From Octopus vulgaris (Eukaryota): a stretch of DNA of 64,000 bases. A model generated the notes under the pieces. That model was not told the origin of the DNA and did not search any database. It saw nothing but the letters and a program-made list of their open reading frames with translations. Below, one piece after another: positions 54,653-64,000 of the stretch (positions are counted from its first letter, which is position 1; each line of letters begins with the position of its first letter). The DNA lies in contig OX597824.1 of assembly GCA_951406725.2 (NCBI GenBank), forward strand, positions 81,468,001-81,532,000. Reading direction: 5' to 3'. A program made the position numbers and the translations under genes.

Positions 54653-55357
54653 ACATTCTGTTTTCGCTTTCTTTTTTATTATTATTATTATTACTTATCC
54701 CGAGGTCAGCTCTGATCGATCAAATCAATGATCAAATGTGTTATAATATTGACTATATCCCGTTTCCTTTTTTGCCCGGGCACACATTATCGAACGCATC
54801 CATTCTTTATAACAACGCAGGACATGTTTTGAAGGAGATTTCACAATCTTCTTCGCTGACAGTGCAACAGAGGCAGCAGCGGGTGCACAAACAGCAAAAG
54901 CAGGCAGCAGCAGCAGACGCAGCTGCCAATATTTCTTCATGGAAACTTCGCAGCAGATGTGGTTGCTATAGGAACTCTTTTTCTCTTTTTTTTTTCCTCT
55001 CAACTTCCTTTATCCAGTATGTCATATATTTATCTCCATTCTTAGTCATCAATAGCAACACGGTAGTTGGCAGTTACCTCCCTTTTATCTGTTAAATAGC
55101 ATAACAATGAGTGCAAAAGACGAAATAGAGATGAGAAACCATGACACCTTGTAATGAAGATGTATGTATGTATGCGCGTATGTATATAAGAGTGTGTGTG
55201 TGTGTGTATGTGTGTGTGCATGTTATGTTACGTATGTATGTATGTGTTATGTGTGTGTGTGTATTTTATTTATTACCTTTGTTTCTTTTAGCTGCTTGAG
55301 ATCATGATAGAACACAAATATGAGAATACAGGCAGGTAGATAGATAGATAGACTGAC

Positions 55358-55435
<78 letters not shown>

Positions 55436-55436
55436 C

Positions 55437-55547
<111 letters not shown>

Positions 55548-55643
55548 GTAAATAGATAGACAGACAGACAGACTGACAGATAGATAGGTAGATAGGTAGA
55601 TAGGTAGAGAGATAGACACAAAGACAGACAGATAGATAGATAA

Positions 55644-55744
<101 letters not shown>

Positions 55745-56175
55745 CTCATACATTAGCACATACACACATATTTACATCTGTATGTTTATTTATGTATGTA
55801 TGTATGTATGCATGTATGTATCTGTAGTCATGTGTGTGCATGTATGTATGTATGTATGTATGTATGTATGTATGTATGTATGTGTGTGTGTGTGTGTATG
55901 CATGTTTTACCTCAAAATTCTGAATTCTTAGAAAGTAACGGCATTGTGTCTTTCATATCATTTTATTCTTTTACTTGTCTTATTCATTTGACTGTGGCCA
56001 TACTGGAGTAGTGCTTCGAAGGATTTTAATCGAACCAGTCACCCTCAAGACATTTCTTTAGCCTATCACTTATTCAATCGGTCTTTTTTTTGGGAAACGT
56101 TACATTTCGGTGACCTAAACGAACTAGTACCGTTTGTTAAATACACTAACCGGTTGGGGGAGAAACAAAGATACA

Positions 56176-56231
<56 letters not shown>

Positions 56232-56252
<21 letters not shown>

Positions 56253-56765
56253 AAATATTAGGGAATAAATCCAAACTTACAAGGAAAAATCAGATTTAGG
56301 ATTGAATCCAATTTTATACTAATTATCTTTTTTTAATAATTTTGATATATTTAAAATAATATAAATTAATTAATCTTATGTATTGGCTTAAGTTTTTCTT
56401 TGTATGATTTGTCTAATAGTGGTTTTATCTCTAATTTAATATAATATATATATAAACATATCGTTGTTGAATAAAGTACAGTCTAAGACATTTCAATTTA
56501 AGAGGGAATTTAATAAAAATGGTTTTTAAAAATTATATAAAGTAAATATTACCAATTTCTATGTATCTCATCTCATCAAATATCAGTAAAAATTTATAAA
56601 AACCTGAAGTAAAAACAGTTTATGTTCTGTCTGGGGGCAGACAAAAGAATAACTGTTTTTACTTCTAATTTTTATTGATATTAAATCAGATGAGATACAT
56701 CAACCCAGTAATATTTTCTTTATAAAACTTTTTTATCAAATTCCCTCTTAAATTGAAACGTCATA
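56232..56765. repeat. Two adjacent AT-rich fold-backs
   Basis: About 56232-56330 vs 56375-56450, and 56485-56635 vs 56640-56763; the first arm resembles 63140-63210. Confidence 0.65.
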
Positions 56766-56847
56766 CACTTACTTCTGTGCTATTTCCACCTAGATCATTA
56801 ATATATAAAAAAATTTTGCTTTGTATATATCTCTAAACTACATTAAT

Positions 56848-57227
56848 GGAGGCGCAATGGCCCAGTGGTTAGGGCAGCGGACTCGCGGTCATAGGATCGC
56901 GGTTTCGATTCCCACACCGGGCATTGTGAGTGTTTATTGAGCGAAAACACCTAAAGCTCCACGAGGCTCCGGCAGTGATGGTGGTGATCCCTGCTGTACT
57001 CTTTCACCACAACTTTCTCTCGCTCTTACTTCCTGTTTCTGTTGTACCTGTATTTCAAAGGGCCGGTCTTGTCACTCTCTGTGTCACGCTGAATATCCCC
57101 GAGAACTACGTTAAGGGTGCACGTGTCTGTGGAGTGCTCAGCCACTTACACGTTAATTTCACGAGCAGGCTGTTCCGTTGATTCGGATCAACCGGAACCC
57201 TCGTCGTCGTAACCGACGGAGTGCTTC
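56848..57227 (+). mobile_element. SINE family B main tail with 13-bp TSD
   Basis: A box TGGCCCAGTGG, B box GTTTCGATTCC; TSD aaactacattaat at 56835-56847 and 57237-57249. Confidence 0.93.
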
Positions 57228-58400
57228 AATCCATTCAAACTACATTAATATACTTCGCGAATACACTCACATGGCTTTAGTAGAAGAGTCTTGCCCAAGG
57301 TGCCTCGCATTGCGACTGACGCCGGAACATTTGTGGTTGGGAAGCAAACATCTTACACAACCACGCCATCATTAAAATACAACTTTATGGTTCATGATTT
57401 TGCCTATTTACTAGATTTAATAACAACAATTTAAATTAAAACAGACCAAAACTGCTTAATATTGGCAAGAGTTAACCTACAACAAAACAAGAAAAACAAT
57501 CTGATGACGTTATATATCTTGAATAGAATTTTCCAGACTGTTTGTAGCCAATTTTTAATTTGTTGTCGACATATATAGTCAATGTTGATAAATTATTACG
57601 ATTATTTAGCTGTGAAATATATTTGGGGTCTGATTACATGTCCAAACAATTAGACACATGACTAGTGACACGTGATATGATATTTCGTTGTTAAGAAATC
57701 TTAATGCGTTGCGAAAATTATTATTGTCTTATATAGAATGTCTCCATTGCGAGAAGTTTATATAAATCTGCTTTAGCATATAAACAACATGGCGGATGTA
57801 ATCTGCTGCAGTCCTTGTAAATGCACATAAATACTCATTAATTTCTCAAAGCTTCTGCATTTGCGCTGTTTTTGCTGTTTATCTTCGAGTTAGCCATGAT
57901 TAGCTTAATAAACAATCAAAGAGTATCCATCTATTAGGAATAAACATCCTCGTTTGAGAGTTAAGCAAAAAATGTACATACACATACGTGTTTCGTTAAA
58001 TACACGACTGCGTTCAATGTTTTACTTTTTCTACCCGCACACACATGCGCACTAACAAACAAACAAAAGGGAACGCAGTGCAAATAACGGACAGACTCAA
58101 GACTATTGAAAATGTTGCAAGACGCCACAAAAATTTTAGGAGAATGAAAATATGAAATAAGGGGAAATTTTACCGGTGAGTGTGTTACATTGTAAGGCAC
58201 AAAAAGAAAATGACTCTCCCCAGACACAACGGAATATTTATTTTAGATTATATAAATATTTTTATTAGCTGCTTTACTGTTGCCTTTGTACAGTAGATTT
58301 TCAGAATAAATTTCCGATGTTTCTAGACCTATACAGGCTCATTTAAAAAAAACATGAGCTTAATATGTTTCGAGGTTGTGTTGTGTCTTACATATTAATT

Positions 58401-58781
58401 GAAGGCGCAATGGCCAATTGGTTAGGGCAGCGGACTCGCGGTCGTAGGATCACGGTTTTGATTCCCAGACCGGGCGTTGTGAGTGTTTATTGAGCGAAAA
58501 CACCTAAAGCTCCACGAGGCTCCGGCAGGGATGGTGGTGATCCCTGCTGTACTCTTTCACCACTACTTTCTCTCACTCTTACTTCCTGTTTCTGTTGTAC
58601 CTGTATTTCAAAGGGCCGGTCTTGTCACTCTCTGTGTCACGCTGAATATCCTCGAGAACTACGTTAAGGGTACACGTATCTGTGGAGTGCTCAGCCACTT
58701 ACACGTTAATTTCACGAGCAGGCTGTTCCGTTGATTCGGATCAACCGGAACCCTCATCGTCGTAACCGACGGAGTGCTTCC
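58401..58781 (+). mobile_element. SINE family B main tail with 13-bp TSD
   Basis: TSD acatattaattga at 58390-58402 and 58782-58794. Confidence 0.93.
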
Positions 58782-58884
58782 ACATATTAATTGATTTCAT
58801 GCGGCCTTTCTCATGCACTTGCAACACGTGGTTATTGTACAAATTTTCAGTACACACAAGAAAAGGAAAATTTATTATTTATTT

Positions 58885-59291
58885 ATGCGCCCTTTTCAAG
58901 CCTAGCCAGACTCATGGGCACGGTTTCCCGGTTTATATGGCGTATTTGTCCCACCCCCACCAGCTGGACGGGACGCCAGTTCATCGCAGTGTTACTCAAG
59001 AGACAGGAAGAAACAGTGAGAGAAAGCTGTGGCAAAAGAGTACAACAGCTGGACGGGACCCCAGTTCATCGCAGTGTTACTCAAGAGACAGGAAGAAACA
59101 GTGAGAGAAAGCTGTGGCAAAAGAGTACAACAGAGTACAACAGCCGCCACCCCCAACCCCCTGCCGGAGCTTCGTGGGGCTTTAGGTGTTTTCGCTCAAT
59201 AAACACACACACAGTACCCTATCTGGGAATCGAAACCGCGATCCTCCGACTGCGCGTCCGCGGCCCTAACCACTGGGCCATTGCGCCTCCA
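58885..59291 (-). mobile_element. SINE family B tail type 2 with internal 85-bp tandem duplication
   Basis: 58961-59045 repeated at 59046-59130. Confidence 0.88.
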
Positions 59292-59432
59292 CAGATAGGA
59301 AAATATTTGTGGAAAATATTTTATAGAATTCCACGCAAAAATTGATTACGGAAAATGTATTCATATCGCAGTACAATTCTAAAATAAACCTGTAAACACA
59401 CACATAAATAAATTAACAAGTGGATATATACC

Positions 59433-59842
59433 ACGCAGGAGTGGCTGTGTGGTAAGTAGCTTGTTTACCAACCACATGGTTCCGGGTTCAGTCCCACTGC
59501 ATGGCACCTTGGGCAAGTGTCTTCTACTATACCCTCGGGCCGACCAAAGCCTTGTGAGTGAATTTGGTAGACGGAAACTGAAAGAAGCCCGTCGTATATA
59601 TGTACATATATATATATATGCGTGCGTGTGTTTGTGTGTCTGTGTTTGAACCCCTAGCATTGCTTGACAACCGATGCTGGTATGTTTATGTCCCCGTTAC
59701 TTAGCGGTTCGGCAAAAGTGACCGATAGAATAAGTACTGGGCTTGCAAAAGAATAAGTCCCGGGGTCGATTTGCGCGATTAAAAGGCGGTGCTTCAGCAT
59801 GGCCGCAGTCAAATGACTGAAACAAGTAAAAGGGTAAAGAGT
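59433..59842 (+). mobile_element. SINE family A, full length
   Basis: Head-to-tail match. Confidence 0.9.
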
Positions 59843-60143
59843 ATACATAACAACAATTGACTACTAGCAGTCAAACAAGCGTTTGGCAGGAAAGTATACG
59901 CGATTTCAATCAGAATAACAGAAACAATTCTAACGCCAAATATATTCAATTCAATTATTGAAAATCGAAAATCAGACTGTGATGATCTAGAAACGTTGCA
60001 TGTGGATTTAGGAACATTACTGTTTCAAACACATTGTAAGAAGTTAATAACAATATATGATAAATATGAAATGCTACACGGAATACTTGAACTTATTTGT
60101 GTATTTAATCTGAGTATAGCATATACAAAAGAAAAGCTCTTTT

Positions 60144-60672
<529 letters not shown>

Positions 60673-61101
60673 GTATATATGTGGCGTTTCGAGCCTACGC
60701 ACTTGAACAGAAAAATATGAGAGAAAAATATGGAGTGGAGAGAGAAAAAAGTGTTGGGATTAACGATTGAACATCACGCGCACGCAAACACACACACACA
60801 CACACACGTACACACACACACACACACATGCATATATCTTAACGACCGCACATTCTCAGTGTTTTCTGCTTATTCGTCGCTTAACTGCCGATAGCGCCTA
60901 AAGGATGACATCTCATTGCCTTGTGTCTTAAAATACTTGAAAATTATTGAGACACTGAGGGAGTCGTCCCTCAGGCACTAAACACCAGCAAATTGGCAAA
61001 CAGAAACAAAATATAAACATCGAGTAAGTACGGTCGATAAAGTTTACAACACTAGCGCTACTTTTAGTTCGTTTCTGAATTTTATATATATATATATATA
61101 T

Positions 61102-61193
61102 AGGCAAGTGTTTTCTACTATAGTCTCGGGCCGACCAAAGCCTTGTGAGTAGATTTGGTAGACGGAAACAGAAAGAAGCCCATCGTATATATG

Positions 61194-61258
<65 letters not shown>

Positions 61259-61433
61259 GTGTGTGTATGTATATGTTTGTGTGTCTGTGTTTGTCCCCCC
61301 AACATCGCGTGACAACCGATAGAATAAGGAGTAGGCTTACAAAGAATAAGTCCTGGGGTCGATTTGCTCGACTAAACGTAGTTCTCCAGCATGGCCACAG
61401 TCAGATGACTGAAACAAATAAAAAGAAAAAAGA

Positions 61434-61435
<2 letters not shown>
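61102..61435 (+). mobile_element. SINE family A, 5'-truncated with internal deletion
   Basis: ggcaagtgt..; gacaaccgat joined directly to agaataag. Confidence 0.85.
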
Positions 61436-61496
<61 letters not shown>

Positions 61497-61498
61497 TG

Positions 61499-61546
<48 letters not shown>

Positions 61547-61756
61547 ATACGCATACACGCAAAGCACAATTGGTTGTTCATTCCGAATTTCACACACGTA
61601 AATCATAGGTGTGATCGTTCAGAAAATATTTCATATCACCTTATTTTATCGATCACACATCTCAGTTCACGCGCGTGGATGTAAATATAGACATGTATAT
61701 TCACATATGGATTCCATTTATTTATCATCTATACATGCATACATTATATATACACA

Positions 61757-61792
<36 letters not shown>

Positions 61793-62564
61793 TACACACA
61801 TATATATATATAGATAAATACAAACACACACTCACGTACATATACAGTACTGGGTCACATAGTAACACACATACACGAATATGTCTATCCATATCACGTA
61901 CATCGATGTACAACTTTCTAATATATATGTCACGATGAGAAAAAAATCTTTGCTCTGTTTAACATTTGTTTAATTTCATGATTTCAAATAAATCAACCAT
62001 TGCTATTTGACATAACCTTTGACTATGTCCATGCCAACGATGGAATCTGCATAAAATCAATTCTTTCTCCTTCACCGGCACACATCCAAGTATCAAGTTT
62101 TATTTTTGAAATGATGAAATATAATATATTAACTGGTTTTAGTGTTATACGACTATACGTGTCATGGAAATGAAAACCGTATATTAAATTATGTCAAACA
62201 AATATGAAATGTCGGGATGGAATTAATGGTTTCCGAAATTTAATCTCGCGCCTTTAAAGACTTGCCTTGAGTGAGATAAATGATATCGTGGAGGCATGGA
62301 TCTAATGTTATTTGAAGGCGAATATAATGTTTATATCATTACTGTAGCCATAGATCGAAAGGTTGGAGAGAGAGGGAGAGAGGGAAAGAGAGAGAGAGTG
62401 AGAGAGAGAGAGAGTGAGAGAGAGAGAGAGAGTGGTGAGAGATTGAGCGGGTGAGTGATCGAAGGTGGAAGTATGGGACCGTGCGAGTGAAAGGGAGATA
62501 ATAATTCCCGGTGATTGGTTTATCTATCGTTATATTATGACGTCTATCACGTGGATGTCTAATA

Positions 62565-62598
<34 letters not shown>

Positions 62599-62674
62599 TA
62601 GTTATATGTTACACGTTCACGAGAAAGTTATATATATATGTGTATATATATATACATATACATATATGTATATA

Positions 62675-62736
<62 letters not shown>

Positions 62737-62739
<3 letters not shown>

Positions 62740-62960
62740 TTATGCTTTTACTTGTTTCAGTCATCTGCGTGTAGCCATGCTGGGGCCCCACTTCGAGGAG
62801 TTTTAGTCGAACAAATCCACCTCTGGACTTACTTTTTTAAGCCTAGTACTTATACTATTGACCCTTTTTACCAAACCACTAAGTTGAGGGTACATAAACA
62901 CATGAATGCCGGTTGTCAAGCGGTGATGAGGCTAACAAACACAGTTCACGAGCACAAACA
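62737..62960 (-). mobile_element. SINE family A 3' half, diverged
   Basis: ttttacttgtttcagtcat..gccatgctgg..gcctagtactta..ggttgtcaagcg. Confidence 0.75.
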
Positions 62961-62982
62961 CACACATGCACACACATCTATC

Positions 62983-63100
<118 letters not shown>

Positions 63101-63106
63101 CTCTCC

Positions 63107-63142
<36 letters not shown>

Positions 63143-63380
63143 TAAATAATATTAGGGAATTTGATTCCAAACTTACTAGGAAAAAATTCAATTTCGTAAT
63201 ACAAAATTAAATTTCACAATATAAAATACAAGTATATAAATTAGAGAAGAACCACCATGTAGCAATTCAATAATGATATACTTAAATCATGCCATATAGA
63301 AAAAATTAAAGATACGATAAAACAATTTCCTAGAACTAAATAAAGTACGAAATAATAAATAGATATTACATAATTAGTAA

Positions 63381-63466
63381 ATACTCAACACGTGTTTCGT
63401 GGCTATATTTTCAAATTGATAACAATAAAATCAATTCAATTTAAATATAGTCACTCATCAGGTCCA
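63381..63466 (-). ncRNA. Hammerhead core with long stem II (stem I not restored)
   Basis: Minus strand: CTGATGA-gtgactatattt..aattga..tcaatt..aaatatagccac-GAAAC-acgt-GTT; palindromic ACACGTGT. Confidence 0.6.
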
Positions 63467-63539
63467 AGGTAAAAACAATAAAGTAATTTTGGAATATATG
63501 GGAAACATTACGATTTAGAAATGTTCAATCCCGCAACTG

Positions 63540-63790
63540 TAGTACACAAACTTTGGATTATATTTGAAGACTATTGTGAAAATATTTCAACCCTATAAGA
63601 GTATCAAAAATTCATCTAACAGCTTCAAAACCTTATCGATATAATGATACTGGAAGAATCAACGAGGGCCATAACTAAAGAAATTCCGGTGTCAGAGTGG
63701 ATTGTCAGAAAGTGATGCATGAAAACATTCGATACAATTCCTATGCCCTGTGATCAATTCTTGTCGTAAAGACAGTGAAACCATTTGTTC
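63540..63790 (+). pseudogene. Highly eroded Tc1/mariner-superfamily transposase HTH fragment
   Basis: Translates across frameshifts to RAITKEI.VSEWIVRKVMHENIRYNSYAL. Confidence 0.5.
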
Positions 63791-63825
63791 TCTCTCAAGA
63801 TGTTATTTATCAATACATACATACA

Positions 63826-63859
<34 letters not shown>

Positions 63860-64000
63860 CATACATACATACACACATATATATATATATATACATATAT
63901 AAAATTCTGCGATTTATTTTCATTAGATAATTATTCGTTTCTTTAAGTAATTCAATAAATTTCTCTTCAATACAGAAAAAATAATTAATAAATATTTATA

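Noticed and set aside
54736-55095. 119-aa ORF with a Q/A-rich stretch
   Set aside because: Low-complexity CAG-derived sequence with a non-ATG start and no family resemblance.
56930-57181. Recurrent ORFs such as MFIERKHLKLHEAPA and [16 protein letters not shown]
   Set aside because: They recur only because they lie within SINE copies.
59979-60113. C/D-box snoRNA candidate (GTGATGA ... CTGA)
   Set aside because: Terminal stem only about 2 bp, long spacing, no recognisable rRNA guide.

Overview
Eukaryotic, very AT-rich, microsatellite-saturated non-coding DNA ((TA)n, (CA)n, (GA)n, (TAGA)n, (TACA)n, (AAT)n). The repeat complement points to a coleoid cephalopod, most likely Octopus (inference). 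Almost every ORF in the supplied track is a microsatellite translation, and no intact host gene is recognisable. The window holds many copies of four tRNA-headed SINE families (called A-D here), two CR1/L2-group LINE 3' ends, an internally deleted mariner, a Tc1 transposase 3' half, a Penelope-like ORF start preceded by a Ulp1-like protease remnant, and many fold-back repeats abutting (TA)n. The main hidden signal is a set of unrelated minimal type-I hammerhead ribozyme motifs of the Penelope pseudo-LTR kind. Their cores covary at the 3:8 tertiary pair (C3:G8, U3:A8 and an unusual G3:C8). Other points of interest are one SINE head carrying four different tails, a LINE/SINE shared 3' end, a twin-priming-type inversion and fixed-junction SINE multimers. 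All calls were made by eye; coordinates of degenerate elements are approximate.
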